Source: Ostreococcus lucimarinus
Taxonomy: Eukaryota
Length of the DNA stretch: 64,000 bases
Assembly: GCA_000092065.1 (NCBI GenBank)
Contig: CP000583.1
Reading direction: 5' to 3' (one strand)
The position numbers and the translations under genes are program-made. Shown piece after piece: positions 11,801-21,471 of this stretch. Every line of letters begins with the position of its first letter. The first letter of the stretch is position 1. Under the pieces are notes generated by a model that made no database searches, was not told the DNA's origin, and saw nothing but the letters and a program-made list of their open reading frames with translations.

Positions 11801-14800
11801 TCCTGAGCGCGGAGATCTTCTTCAGCTCTTTGTTTTGCTTGGAGTTCAGCCTTGAAAGCTTCACGACGAGCAAGCTCGGAGGCCCACGCAGCGTCTTCGT
11901 CGGAGCGCATCTTTGTAATGCGTTCTTCCTCGGCGTTGCGACGAGCGTCTTCCTCGGCCATCTTCTTTCTCTCGGCTTCCGCAGCAGCACGAATAACATC
12001 TTCCGCTTCTTTAGCTCTAGCATCTTCTCTGGCGCGACGAGCTTGTTCTTCTGCGTCGCGACGCGCTTGTTCGCGATCCCAATCGGCACGGCGTTGATCT
12101 TCACGAGCTCGAGTGCGTGCCTCGTCTTCTTCGCGACGACGAAGCTCGTCAGCTGCGCGGGCTCGGCGATTCTCCTCCGCAACGATAGCACGCTCGAGCG
12201 CTTCTTTTCGCGTGCGACTCTCGCCTTCTTGCGCGCGACGTTTATTCTCGGCCTCCATACGTAACCGTTGCTCTTGTTGCTCCATGTCCCGCAACTTTTG
12301 CTCTGCGGCGACGCGACGGCGATTTTCAGCTTCCACTCTTTCGGCTTCCTTGCGCACAGCCTCGGCAGCAGCAGCATCGGCTTCACGTCGACGGCGCTCT
12401 TCCTCTTCACGCTTTCTACGCTCTGCTTCAGCAGCAGCCAAAAGGTCTTGCTTGGCTTGTTTACGTCTCGCTTCTTCCGCTTCACGTTGAAGCTGTTCCT
12501 TCGTCTTGAATTCATCCTTGTTGATGATGAAATCGATGCGACGAGAATCTTCAGAAGTGCGTCGCAGACCTTCTTGGGAATTGAAAATCAAATTCGCCTT
12601 GTCTTGTTCTTGCTGACGACGTGTTTCTTCTTCCTTCTTAGCCGCTTCTTCTCGAGCAAGTTCTTCTTCATGACGCTTATTTTCGGCACGACGTTGATCC
12701 TCTTCGGCACGAAGTCGGTTTTCAGCTTCTCGCGCAGCTCGAGCGGCATCGTCGTAAGCACGTCGACGCGCATCTTCGGCTTCTCTTTTGCGGCGTTCAG
12801 CATCCTCAGCGGCCTCAGCTTGCGCCTCGACACGAGCGCGCCGTTGATCTTCATCAGCAATTTTGCGCTTTTCAGCCTCTTCGAGGATCTTGATTTCTTC
12901 AAGTCGAGATTTGTGGTTGGCCTCAGCAGTGGCGATGCGTCGCACCTCTTCAGCGTTGATTCGAGCGATCTCTTGAGCATACTTTTGCCGTCGGTTTTCT
13001 TCCGTATCCTTAAGACGAATACCAAGCTGCTTGAACTCTTCAAGGGCTCGACGCTTAGCGGCGAGATCATCGTCCTCTGCCTTTCGCCGATCGCCTTCTG
13101 CCTTTGCAGCGGCTCGCATCGCAGCTTGCGCGTTCGCGGCGCGAATTTCTTCAGCCTTAAGCGCAGCTTCGATGTCTTGCTTTCTGCGATCAGCGTCATT
13201 TTCGGCAGCGATGCGTCGATCTTTTGTATCGCGTTCGAACTTGACAATCGCTTCCCGGAGAGCGTTGATGGCAGCTTCGGCTTCGCGGCGGCGCTTGTCC
13301 TCGTCGTCGCGACGCTTTGCCTCGTCATCCTCCATTTGTAGAAGCTTACGCGCAGCATCATCACGACGACGTTCCTCCGCAGCTTGACGATCGGCTTCTT
13401 CGCGTTCAAGACGCGCACGTTCATCATCAACTGCGCGTCTGATGTCTTCACGAGCCTGCTCTCGCCGGGTATCCTCCGTTTCCTGGAGACGCCTCTCTTC
13501 TTCAAGCTCACGCGCGTGTTCGTCATCCCACGCTCGTCGTCGAGCTTCTTCAGCGGAACGATCGGCGGCGAGAGCATCTCGCATACGTTGAATTCGAGCC
13601 TCAGCTTCCGCACGACGCCGATTTTCTTCATCTTGCAAACGAGCCTCCTTCTCCAAAAGAGATCGCGTCTCGGTGTCGAATCTTGCTCGAAGATCGGCCT
13701 CGAGTCCCTTCGCCTTCTCAAAGTTATTCTTCGCCAAGTTGATATCTTGTTCACCTTGCGCGCGGCGTAGTTGAATAGAGTTGCGAAGGGCATCGATTTC
13801 CTTTCGGCGGCGTTCGATTTCTTCGCGCAATTTCGCGACTGAAACGGGTGCGCCATCATCGCCACCCATGAGGTCCTCGAGGTCACCCTTTTGTGTCTCA
13901 GTGATGACCTTAGTCGTGATGATCTCTTCCGAGTAAATGGCTTCACATTCGTCGTACAGCCTATCGATCCTCTCCTTCTCGAGTCGACGACGTCTGTTCT
14001 CTTTACGCCGCTCGTTGTTTTCATCCTCGACAGCCTTTCGAAGAGCCTCCTCGGCTTCCTTGCGGCGTCTATCTTCCTCCTTGCGAAGTTTACGCTCGCG
14101 AGCATCGATTTCGTCGTGGTATTCCTCGTCCGGCAATTCTTCACGCCTACGGGCGAGACGCGTGTTCACCTTCTCTCGCGTCGTGATTATCGTCTTCTTC
14201 GTTCGTCCATCAAAGCTGTACGCTACCGATGTTGTGACGGTGCCTGCGGCGTCTCCGATGGATGCCGCGACTTCACCGAGCCTCACCGGCTTCATCTCAA
14301 GCAAGTGAATGAAGAGATAGACGATGAAAGCAATCGCAGCACCGATAATACTTGCGTACTCCATGTTCACTACGTACGTGTAGAACGCGCCAGAACCCGA
14401 GAAGGCACCGGCTTCGATCAAATAGGAAACACCAGAAATGAGTGAAAGCAAGTTGGGCGCCGCCGCGACGGCAATGGCAATCATGGCGCGTGGATTCACG
14501 CCCTTAAAGAACCAATATGGACCCTTAGTATCGCGCGTCTGCATTGCTCGTCGCGATAATTTGCCAGCACGCATAAGCCAGAAGTCACACAAAATCACAC
14601 CGAGCACGGGAGAGACTAACAACGAACCAACGCCAATGATCCACGAGGCAGCGGCGACGACTTGTTGCCACATCAACTGAGCCGGCGCAAAGAGGCCGAC
14701 AGCGCAGGTGATGATGAGCGCTGCTTGCTTGGACGAGATCGTACCACCAAGATAGTTCTTGGTCTTTGCCCACGGAAGCGAGAATTCTTGCATATACTCC

Positions 14801-15783
14801 TGCGGACCAACGACGTTTGCGGCACTGTTCGTCACGAGCGAGGCGATGGCAATGGACGCAAATAAAATCGGCTTCGGCGCTTGCGCCATGGCCGCGGCGA
14901 CGATAGCAAACAAACCGGACAGCAAGGGAAGCCAGAAAAACTGACCAATAGGTGCAGTTCTAGAGCCCTTGATGTGCGCTGTGTAATCTGGATACACGCT
15001 CGCGAGCGTCACCCAAACGCCCACCATAAGCCAAGCGTGCTTCCAGAACTCGTTCGGCAAGGCGCCCGGCATACCCGCGGAAATCAACGAACCGATCGCG
15101 GTCTGAGGAATACCTTGACGCAAAGTCCAAGCGATGAAACCTGCCACGAGCGCTAAGACGGTCTGACCAGACGCGAGAAGTCTCGATGAAGGGACGGTGC
15201 GCAAGGAAATTGCGAGCTGCACCACCCAAAACATCGCGTACGACATCGCTCGCACGACTACATCGCTTTCGATACTCGCGGCGATAAACGTCGTTTTGAA
15301 CAATCCGAACACCGCTTCGCCCCCGACCAAAGTTTGCACGGCGTAGAGCAAGAATCCAAGCGTCGCGCGACAGGCGTCGGTGAACTCCGCCCCCCAAATC
15401 CCGAAACTCGAACGCGCCAGGATCGGCATATTCAGTTCGTACTTCGCCGCGGGGTATCCGATTGCAGAGATAAATGGCATCGCCATCAAAGTACCGAGCG
15501 CTGTCGCCAAACCGAGTTCATACCAGAGCAACGGCGCGAGCGTGTGCAAGTTCCACCGAACGAAACCGTACGGCACCGAATACATCACCGCGCACGTCGC
15601 CAGCGCCGCCCACAGCGAGAGTTCCTTGCCCTTCTCGATCGCATTCTCCTCCGTCGTCGGCGGGATGATCAAATCCTCGTCCCCAGGCGCGACGATGAAC
15701 CCTTCGTCATCCTTATCGTCGTCGCCGGTTTGATCGGCGTACCCCAATCCGACGGCGTTCGCGCGCGTCGACGCCTCCCTCAT
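8899..15783 (-). CDS. giant multi-domain protein: N-terminal NCS1-family permease-like 12-TM domain, about 1,600-aa E/R/K-rich charged coiled coil (single alpha helix-like), (AKAKADAEA)n repeat, C-terminal helical domain
   Basis: Single stop-free track ORF 8899..16101 (2400 aa) with coding-like composition throughout. I choose ATG at 15783 (MREASTRANAVGLGYADQTGDDD...). The membrane domain contains NMPILARSSFGIWGA, reminiscent of the LARSSFGI(Y/F)GS motif of Fur4/Dal4-type NCS1 permeases. The middle is RRKEAEDARRRAYDD...-type E/R/K repeats. The KA repeat lies at about 9740-10030. Confidence 0.55.
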   Translation of the reverse strand: MREASTRANAVGLGYADQTGDDDKDDEGFIVAPGDEDLIIPPTTEENAIEKGKELSLWAALATCAVMYSVPYGFVRWNLHTLAPLLWYELGLATALGTLMAMPFISAIGYPAAKYELNMPILARSSFGIWGAEFTDACRATLGFLLYAVQTLVGGEAVFGLFKTTFIAASIESDVVVRAMSYAMFWVVQLAISLRTVPSSRLLASGQTVLALVAGFIAWTLRQGIPQTAIGSLISAGMPGALPNEFWKHAWLMVGVWVTLASVYPDYTAHIKGSRTAPIGQFFWLPLLSGLFAIVAAAMAQAPKPILFASIAIASLVTNSAANVVGPQEYMQEFSLPWAKTKNYLGGTISSKQAALIITCAVGLFAPAQLMWQQVVAAASWIIGVGSLLVSPVLGVILCDFWLMRAGKLSRRAMQTRDTKGPYWFFKGVNPRAMIAIAVAAAPNLLSLISGVSYLIEAGAFSGSGAFYTYVVNMEYASIIGAAIAFIVYLFIHLLEMKPVRLGEVAASIGDAAGTVTTSVAYSFDGRTKKTIITTREKVNTRLARRREELPDEEYHDEIDARERKLRKEEDRRRKEAEEALRKAVEDENNERRKENRRRRLEKERIDRLYDECEAIYSEEIITTKVITETQKGDLEDLMGGDDGAPVSVAKLREEIERRRKEIDALRNSIQLRRAQGEQDINLAKNNFEKAKGLEADLRARFDTETRSLLEKEARLQDEENRRRAEAEARIQRMRDALAADRSAEEARRRAWDDEHARELEEERRLQETEDTRREQAREDIRRAVDDERARLEREEADRQAAEERRRDDAARKLLQMEDDEAKRRDDEDKRRREAEAAINALREAIVKFERDTKDRRIAAENDADRRKQDIEAALKAEEIRAANAQAAMRAAAKAEGDRRKAEDDDLAAKRRALEEFKQLGIRLKDTEENRRQKYAQEIARINAEEVRRIATAEANHKSRLEEIKILEEAEKRKIADEDQRRARVEAQAEAAEDAERRKREAEDARRRAYDDAARAAREAENRLRAEEDQRRAENKRHEEELAREEAAKKEEETRRQQEQDKANLIFNSQEGLRRTSEDSRRIDFIINKDEFKTKEQLQREAEEARRKQAKQDLLAAAEAERRKREEEERRRREADAAAAEAVRKEAERVEAENRRRVAAEQKLRDMEQQEQRLRMEAENKRRAQEGESRTRKEALERAIVAEENRRARAADELRRREEDEARTRAREDQRRADWDREQARRDAEEQARRAREDARAKEAEDVIRAAAEAERKKMAEEDARRNAEEERITKMRSDEDAAWASELARREAFKAELQAKQRAEEDLRAQEERRREDHANEVSRKRQEIDDFIRDLERRRREADAAAKAALEAEAQRVTEFRKSREEAIAEDERLRAEDAAERLREDAKLLQMREELKKLVRDEAMRRAEEEARRKAMDKKIADQKAIDDDIIAKEDARRDRFRDELPDILDKFRAELEAKEEFLQTQEEMRRKQAADAIAQKEAAEKQRRADFDAQCERKQKEIDDFAAKIKALFNAEEARRAEFRKMMEERQRKEDARRLAAASPIAIDNMMQNLNATITQMESQLQILIPELQALEKTAAANYEEFKARRAQSQMSIERTVTEEQTRTHNEDGRHAAVCAEADAAVRAERALREEEDARRKVAEMRIKQLEAELAAIIAEIDARRLAWNAETLSRRDSEWAARQDEDTRRFFNQTETEGVLFKESSTISFEESRRLEAVAAAERAEELRIATAAAEAERVAASERRKQLALDEEESRRKAAEAAKKDSKKQAEDLKRQAEEQRRAKEQAEKEAAAKAKQAEEEAARAKKKADEDAKAAAKRAEEEKKRLEKEQEEKRKQAEKEAAEAKRRAEKEAEERRKAEAKAQEEAAKAQKAAEEAKRKEAELAKRKAEEEAKAAKAKADAEAKAKADAEAKAKADAKAKAEAEAKAKAEAEAKAKADAKAEAEAKAKADAEAKAKADAEAKAKADAEAKAKADAQAKTKADAQAKAKAEAVAAEAKAKADAAAAAERAAEQAEAASKPDNEVTDERASRLQKRLEKSASKEEIEEVVLELSEDEDPIAATLILQGAANVEAAATALAALWRAKDTRGAEALMGLDLTRAATLIDIMVENLGDAEAAIGLVNMSEPGRMVGVAEFVLPYYLRSVVYNGVEILRVVANRNVKTAKVIYAGLEIEEQVSIVRRASLGFGARPGVEKPEDKPEPDVKLAATLLTGLTPSAAVDVLRTFSTTGVNKGSPKWKRRQDVIVEVLDAFKDIGPGEDSIAELIRDRLKL
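9738..10030 (-). repeat. in-frame coding tandem repeat (27-nt period) encoding (A-K-A-K-A-D-A-E-A)n inside the giant protein
   Basis: Visible as gcctttgccttggcctctgcatccgcc units on the plus strand. Antisense track ORFs 9593..10108, 9663..10031 and 9679..10068 are artefacts of this repeat. Confidence 0.85.
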
Positions 15784-16171
15784 CCCCACGCCTCGCCTTC
15801 GCGTCCCACCCGCGCACGCGGCCTCCCACGCCAATCCACATCGTTTCTTTCCTCCACCGACCACGCGCGCGACGACCGTCGCGCCCCGCGCGCGCGCCCC
15901 GCCCCCCGCCGTTGCCGCATGCGATTGCCCAACGATTGATTTCGCAAATGTCCCGATCGACCCCGCCCGTCGCCCGCTCTCGCGCGCGCCGCTCCGCCGC
16001 TCCGCCGCCGCGCTCGCGGCGGCGCGCAGCGCCATTCGCGCTCGCGCTCGCGACGACTCGCGCGTCCGCGCCACGCACGTCCGCGCGCGCGGCGTTCTCA
16101 CGCGCGCGAAGAGCGAGCGAATTTAAGGGATCGTCGACGAAGATACGACGTCGCGGCGGTTCGCGCGCGTC

Positions 16172-16212
16172 CGTCGATCGATCGCGCGCGTCGGTCGATC
16201 GATCGCGCGAGG
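16172..16212. repeat. tandem repeat (gtcggtcgatcgatcgcgcgcg-like, x2) in the 5' spacer of the giant gene
   Basis: Seen directly. The surrounding 15784-16313 spacer is CpG-rich low complexity with (GAC/GATGAC)n at 16311-16345. Confidence 0.6.
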
Positions 16213-16309
16213 CTCGCGCGATCGATCGACGTCGCGCGCGCGCGACCGACCGAGGGATCGGCGGTCGGTCGACCGCGCGCGCGCGGCGCGAGAGCGCGGC
16301 GCGCGGGTT

Positions 16310-16313
<4 letters not shown>

Positions 16314-16343
<30 letters not shown>

Positions 16344-16745
16344 CGCGCGATGGCGCCGACGCGCGCGCGACCGGGTCGCGCGGCGAAGAGGGACGAGACG
16401 CGCGGAGGGGCGGTGACGCGCGCGGCGAAGGCGAGCGGTGGGCCGTACGAGGCGCGGAACGAGTTCGTGATCCCGGGCGGGGATGGCGGCGTCGTCGCGC
16501 GATTCGAGGAGGAGATGCGCGCGCGGGAGAAGATGGCGAAGGAGTGCGGGGCGACGGAGGCGAAATTGGTGAAGCTTAAGGCGAATGAGTACGCGTTTGA
16601 GCAGAAATGGGCGTCTAAGGAGGCGTACGAGGCGTACATGAACACCCCGGGGCGACGACGAAGCCACCTGACGGTGGGAGTGTATCAACGCTTGCCGAAG
16701 GATAAATGGAGCGTGCCGGAAAACTTTACGCCGGTGACGCGGTAA
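16314..16745 (+). CDS. small ABM/Dabb-like (antibiotic-biosynthesis-monooxygenase-fold) protein with T/R-rich targeting-peptide-like N-terminus
   Basis: The C-terminal 100 aa of track ORF 15912..16745 are coding-like (NEFVIPGGDGGVVARFEEEMRAREKMAKECGATEAKLVKLKANEYAFEQKWASKEAYEAYMNTP...HLTVGVYQRLP). It resembles the ABM signature ...W.S.EA..AH... In-frame ATG at 16314 (MTTTMTTTTTRAMAPTRARPG...). Confidence 0.4.
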
Positions 16746-16877
16746 GGCAGTGTGCGCGAGAGACGAGAGATATATTTGACGCCGCGCAACTTGTAAAACG
16801 AACGATTCAGTCAGGAAACATTTGCTTCATCACAACGCGCGGCGACGGGGACCGAAACGAAATTTCGTCGCTCGCTA

Positions 16878-18131
16878 CTAAGCCCCAATCTTTCCCTTGT
16901 AAAGATCGAGGAAAACATCCGCACCCCACACGGGTGATCCATTCGCACCCGTATCGAGTTTTGCGAGGTCCGAACCCATCGTCATCGCGGCATCTAAAGA
17001 ATCGGGATCGCCGGCTTGGTCGGGCGACAGCAAGAGCGCCGTCAAGCCGACGATGATGAAAATCGGCGCCGCGATGGCGCTCGCCAGCACGGCGTAAATC
17101 ACCGATACGTATTCTTGCTTGGACAACACCGAGGTGGTGTCTCCCATCTGTCGCTGAAAGCTTTGCCATTCGAGCTCGATGAGAACGTCCAGGAACCAAG
17201 ACGTTTCATTTTTCCCCGGCGGCGAGAGAGTGTTGTAAAACATGTTCACCGCCGTTTCTTCCGCTAGTTGCTCCCACTCCGCTTCCTCTTCTTCGGGCGT
17301 CTCGGGGAAGAAGTCGTCTCCAGATTGACTTCCAGGCTCGGGATCGGTGCGAAAATCAATCCTGTCCAAGCGACTGGCGATGAGGCCGTCCCTGTTCACC
17401 TTGTATGTCGTTCTCCCAAAGAGTCGGAAATTCAAGTCGGTTCTGGGTTCCTTCCCGTCCGCCACCGTCGCCGTCGCCGGGTATCCCGGTGCAACCTTCT
17501 CCCCGTACTCACCTTCCACGATCCTGCGAACTGCGCCTTCGTGCATGGAACCGAGCAAGAGATTACTAAACTTCTTGCCAAATCGCGCGCCCTCCCACAC
17601 CGCCGTCCACTGAATGAGCAACACCCCCGGCTCGATCGAGCTCGCTCTTCGCGTGACAAACTTGAACCCCTTCAACGCCGACTTCGTCGCATCGCTAAAG
17701 TGTTCCATGAGCTCTCGATACTCGTCCAATCCGCGCACGGCGTGCACGTCGTTGTCGTACTCGACGTTCGCCGCGAACGCCTCCCGCCCGAGCTCGCGCA
17801 GAAACGGATCTCTCTCGAACCCCTCGCGCAATCTTTGCGTCACCGCGATCTGCCGTTCCAACGACGATCCTTCTTTCGACGATCGCGCGGACGTCGACGC
17901 GCGATCACCTCCCCGGTCGCGCTCGCTCGCGGCGTTTCCCTCGCGATCGTCCCGCTCGCCCGCCGTCCCGCTCGCCGAGCTCTCGCGGCGAACCCTCCGC
18001 CTTCGCGCGTCGTCGCCTCGCATCGCGCGCGCGACGCGCGCGTTCGCGAGCGTTCGCGTCGCCCGCGTCGCGCGCGCGCGTCGCGCGACGCGCGCGGTCG
18101 TCGCCGCGGGCGCCGCGTTCGTCGCGCGCAT
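16878..18131 (-). CDS. hypothetical single-pass membrane protein (TM helix SVIYAVLASAIAAPIFIIVGLTALLL near the C-terminus)
   Basis: Track ORF 16878..18320. Coding-like composition begins about 17880, with an R/A-rich N-terminus upstream. ATG at 18131 (cat at 18129-18131 checked); alternative MRGDD... further downstream. I recognised no family. Confidence 0.4.
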   Translation of the reverse strand: MRATNAAPAATTARVARRARATRATRTLANARVARAMRGDDARRRRVRRESSASGTAGERDDREGNAASERDRGGDRASTSARSSKEGSSLERQIAVTQRLREGFERDPFLRELGREAFAANVEYDNDVHAVRGLDEYRELMEHFSDATKSALKGFKFVTRRASSIEPGVLLIQWTAVWEGARFGKKFSNLLLGSMHEGAVRRIVEGEYGEKVAPGYPATATVADGKEPRTDLNFRLFGRTTYKVNRDGLIASRLDRIDFRTDPEPGSQSGDDFFPETPEEEEAEWEQLAEETAVNMFYNTLSPPGKNETSWFLDVLIELEWQSFQRQMGDTTSVLSKQEYVSVIYAVLASAIAAPIFIIVGLTALLLSPDQAGDPDSLDAAMTMGSDLAKLDTGANGSPVWGADVFLDLYKGKIGA

Positions 18132-18422
18132 GTCGTTATGCCGACCGCGACGGCGTCGGGGCGCGCCTCCGCGCGAACGGCGCGCAAACAGTCGGGCGCG
18201 CGCGCGCGGATTTATGATTTCCACGCGCGCGCGGCGCGTCATCGACGTTTGAATCGCCGAATGCGAAAGAAATGAAAATCGGCGAGAAAATCGATGCGCG
18301 CCGAATGTCCGAACGTACAATTAGGGCTTTCCGACGAGGGCTTTGCGATCGCGCGCGGCGCGCGATCCGTCTCTCCGCGACGCCGTCGACGCCTCGCGCG
18401 CGCACACACGAACGCGAACACG

Positions 18423-19295
18423 ATGGCTCCTCAAATGTCCCAAAAAGAGGCCGACATCGCGATGATGCTCGCCGCCGGGTGCCACCTCGGGACGAAGAAC
18501 GTGGACTTCCAAATGGAGCGCTACGTGTGGAAGCGACGGGCCGACGGGATCCACATCATCAACCTCGGACGGACGTGGGATAAGCTCATGCTCGCCGCGC
18601 GCATCATCGTTGCGTGCGAAAACCCGCAGGATGTGATCTGCCAAGCGGCGCGCCCGTACGGTCAACGCGCGGTGTTGAAGTTTGCGCAATACACCGGTGC
18701 GAAAGCCATCGCGGGTCGTCACACGCCGGGGACGTACACGAACCAAAAGGACGCGATTTTCGCGGAACCGCGCGTGTTGATCGTCACCGATCCGCGCACG
18801 GATGCGCAGCCTATTTCTGAGACCGCGTACGTCAACTTGCCGACGATTGCGTTCTGCGACACGGATTCTCCGTTGAAGAACGTCGACGTCGCCATTCCGG
18901 CGAACAACAAGGCGAAGCACTCGATCGGTTGCTTGTACTACTTGCTCGCGCGCATGGTTTTGCAAATGCGAGGCACGGTCTCCGCGGCGAACCCGTGGGA
19001 CGTGATGGTGGATTTGTTCTTCTACCGCGATCCGGAGGAGCTCGAGGCCAAGGAAGAGGAAGCCGCCGCCGCGGCGGCGGCTCCGGCGGAATCCGCGGGT
19101 TACAACGCCGTTGCGGACGCCGCGTACGGCGCCGAGTCTTGGGACGAGCAAAAGCCGGCCGAGGCGTTCCCGACGGGTGGTTTCGCTCCGGCTGCGGGTA
19201 ACTGGTCCGAGGCGCCCGCGCCCACGGGCTGGGATGCTCAGCAAGGTGGTGACTTTGGCTCTGGCTTTGGCGCGATGCCGCCGCAAGGCTACTAA
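18423..19295 (+). CDS. RPSA: 40S ribosomal protein SA (uS2 / laminin-receptor-like)
   Basis: [55 protein letters not shown]...[31 protein letters not shown]... is a near-textbook uS2 sequence. ATG at 18423 and stop TAA at 19293-19295. Confidence 0.95.
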   Translation: MAPQMSQKEADIAMMLAAGCHLGTKNVDFQMERYVWKRRADGIHIINLGRTWDKLMLAARIIVACENPQDVICQAARPYGQRAVLKFAQYTGAKAIAGRHTPGTYTNQKDAIFAEPRVLIVTDPRTDAQPISETAYVNLPTIAFCDTDSPLKNVDVAIPANNKAKHSIGCLYYLLARMVLQMRGTVSAANPWDVMVDLFFYRDPEELEAKEEEAAAAAAAPAESAGYNAVADAAYGAESWDEQKPAEAFPTGGFAPAAGNWSEAPAPTGWDAQQGGDFGSGFGAMPPQGY

Positions 19296-19538
19296 GTCTT
19301 CGTTTGAATGCGAAAGTCATTCTTTCGGTGAAGCGCGCCGTCGTCTCGACGGCGACGCGCGGCACACGAGCTCGTTTGGTTGGTGATACACGCGGCATCT
19401 AATTTCTAGGCGGCGGAATAGCCAGCGCGAGCTAACATAACACGTTTTTGTAGTACGAACGTAGTTTTCTTCACAACGACGTCCCTCGCCGACGCGCCGA
19501 CTCTAATCGATCGCTAACCGATCTCTACCCACACAAAC

Positions 19539-19964
19539 CTACCCTCGCTCGTTCACCGACCGCGCGATATCCGCGATCGCCACGTCGAACAACTCACACC
19601 GCACCGGCATCTCCACCTCGTAAAACGGATTCTTCAGCGCGTAGTCGCAGTACGCCCGGTGCGTCCTTCGCAGCGTCCCGCTCGCGTCCGCGCTCCCTTT
19701 CGTCATCGTCACGAATATCTTCATCCCCGTCTCCGCTTGAAAGCAATACAAATCAAACGTATCGCACTCCAGGCTCTCTATCCCCGCGCACCCCGTCACC
19801 GGCGCCACCTTCCTCGAGATCGCGTGCAGCGAGTGCCACACGCTCGCCAGGCGCAGGCACGCGTTCGCGTCCAGCGTCGGCGCGTCCTCGCGCAGCGCGC
19901 GGTGATAGATCAGTCCCCCGGACTTGTTCACGAGCCACACCGCGAGGAGCTTCCCGGTCGCCAT
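19539..19964 (-). CDS. TRAPP complex subunit, sybindin-like family (Bet5/TRAPPC1-type)
   Basis: MATGKLLAVWLVNKSGGLIYHR...FQAETGMKIFVTMTKGS...YALKNPFYEVEMPVRCELFDVAIADI matches the longin-like Bet5/TRAPPC1 pattern. ATG at 19964 checked. The upstream part of track ORF 19539..20105 is GC-rich. Confidence 0.7.
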   Translation of the reverse strand: MATGKLLAVWLVNKSGGLIYHRALREDAPTLDANACLRLASVWHSLHAISRKVAPVTGCAGIESLECDTFDLYCFQAETGMKIFVTMTKGSADASGTLRRTHRAYCDYALKNPFYEVEMPVRCELFDVAIADIARSVNERG

Positions 19965-20236
19965 CGGTCCGCGCGCCGTCGTCGAGCGCGTCGCGCGCGC
20001 GTCGCGCGCTGGGGCGACCGCGGCGACCGACCGCGAATCCGCGCGGATCCGCGGCGCGCGAAAAACCCGCGTGTGCGCCGCCGTCGACGGCGACGGTTGC
20101 CACACGCGCGCGCGACGAGGCGCGACGACGCGCGAGCGACGACGCGCGGGCGAACGCGATGACGGGCGCGATCGATGCGATGACGCGAGCGACGGCGCGC
20201 GCGGTGACGCCGACGACGGGAAGCGCGACGCGAAGG

Positions 20237-21439
20237 ATGCGATCGGGACGCGCGATGCGCTTTTTGAATCGACCGCGCGACGACGCGGGCGCGAACGAGA
20301 CGCGAGGAGGGCGCGCGGTGGCGCGCGCGGGCGCGAGACCGGGCGCGGGGAATCGGTTGTATAACTTTTCGGCGGGACCGGCGACGCTGCCGTTGGACGT
20401 GCTCGAGGAGATTCAACGGGACTTGGTCGATTATAAGGGCAGCGGGATGAGCGTGCTGGAGATGTCGCATCGAGGGAAGGATTACATGGCGATCGCGGAG
20501 AAGGCGGAGAAGGATCTGCGAGAGTTGGTTGGAATTCCTGATAACTATAAGGTGCTGTTTTTGCAAGGCGGGGCGTCGACGATGATGGCGTCTAACTGCC
20601 ATAACTTGGCGGCGGCGACGGACAGCGCGGATTTCGTCGTCACCGGGGCGTGGAGCGTCAAGGCGCAAAAAGAAGGGGCGAAGATGCTCGCGAAGGCGAA
20701 TGTGATCGCGTCGTCTAAGGATCAGTCGTTCACGACGATTCCGGACGTTAAGGACTGGAAATTCACCGAAGGATCCAAGTTTGTCCACATCTGCTCCAAC
20801 GAAACCATCGGCGGCGTCGAGTTCAAGGAAGTCCCGGACGTGGGCAACCGCGTGCTCGTCGCGGACATGTCTTCCAACTACTTGTCCAAGCCGATTGAAG
20901 TTGAAAAGTACGGTATCATTTACGGTGGCGTGCAAAAGAACATCGGTCCGGCGGGCATGGGTATCGCCATCGTTCGCGAAGATTTGATGGGCAACACTCG
21001 CGCGGATACCCCGTCCATGTTCGATTACAAGCTCATGGCTGACAACGACTCCATGTACAACACCCCGCCGTGCTTTACGTGGTACGTCTCTGGTCTCGTC
21101 TTCGCCAAGCTTCTCAAGGATGGTGGTCTCAAGGCGATGGAGCAGCGCAACATCGAAAAGGCGAATGTTTTGTACGGCGCCATCGACGGGAGCGGCGGCT
21201 ACTACGTCTCCCCGGTTGACACCAAGTACCGTTCCTTGATGAACGTCCCTTTCACCTTGGCAGGAGGTGAAGAATTGGAAAAGAAGTTCCTCGCCGAAGC
21301 CAAGGCTGAGGGCTTCGAGGCGCTCAAGGGTCACCGCTCCGTTGGAGGCGCGCGCGCGTCCATTTACAACGCCATGCCCAAGGAAGGCGTCGAAGCGCTC
21401 GTGTCCTTCATGAAGGATTTCCAAGCTCGCAACGCGTGA
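20237..21439 (+). CDS. PSAT: phosphoserine aminotransferase (SerC, class V aminotransferase)
   Basis: The NFSAGPATLPLDVLEEIQRDLVDYKGSGMSVLEMSHRGKDYMAIAEKAEKDLRELVGIPDNYKVLFLQGGAS... core is diagnostic. Track ORF begins 20159. The N-terminal approximately 60 aa are GC-rich and transit-peptide-like. ATGs at 20159, 20237 and 20255 are all in frame, so the start is uncertain. Confidence 0.9.
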   Translation: MRSGRAMRFLNRPRDDAGANETRGGRAVARAGARPGAGNRLYNFSAGPATLPLDVLEEIQRDLVDYKGSGMSVLEMSHRGKDYMAIAEKAEKDLRELVGIPDNYKVLFLQGGASTMMASNCHNLAAATDSADFVVTGAWSVKAQKEGAKMLAKANVIASSKDQSFTTIPDVKDWKFTEGSKFVHICSNETIGGVEFKEVPDVGNRVLVADMSSNYLSKPIEVEKYGIIYGGVQKNIGPAGMGIAIVREDLMGNTRADTPSMFDYKLMADNDSMYNTPPCFTWYVSGLVFAKLLKDGGLKAMEQRNIEKANVLYGAIDGSGGYYVSPVDTKYRSLMNVPFTLAGGEELEKKFLAEAKAEGFEALKGHRSVGGARASIYNAMPKEGVEALVSFMKDFQARNA

Positions 21440-21471
21440 TTTACGAAGGATGAAATTTTGCTACAGATTAT

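Noticed and set aside
10133-13387. Plus-strand ORFs (10133..10393, 10207..10542, 11458..12264, 12268..13341, 13031..13387) rich in L/F/S, and the minus-strand K/R-rich ORFs 11625..12515 and 12588..14144
   Set aside because: They are antisense or frame-shifted readings of the E/R/K-rich coiled-coil region of the giant minus-strand gene. GAG/AAG/GCG repeats give LLF/SSA on the opposite strand and KR-rich text in the +1 frame. Composition is not independent evidence of coding.
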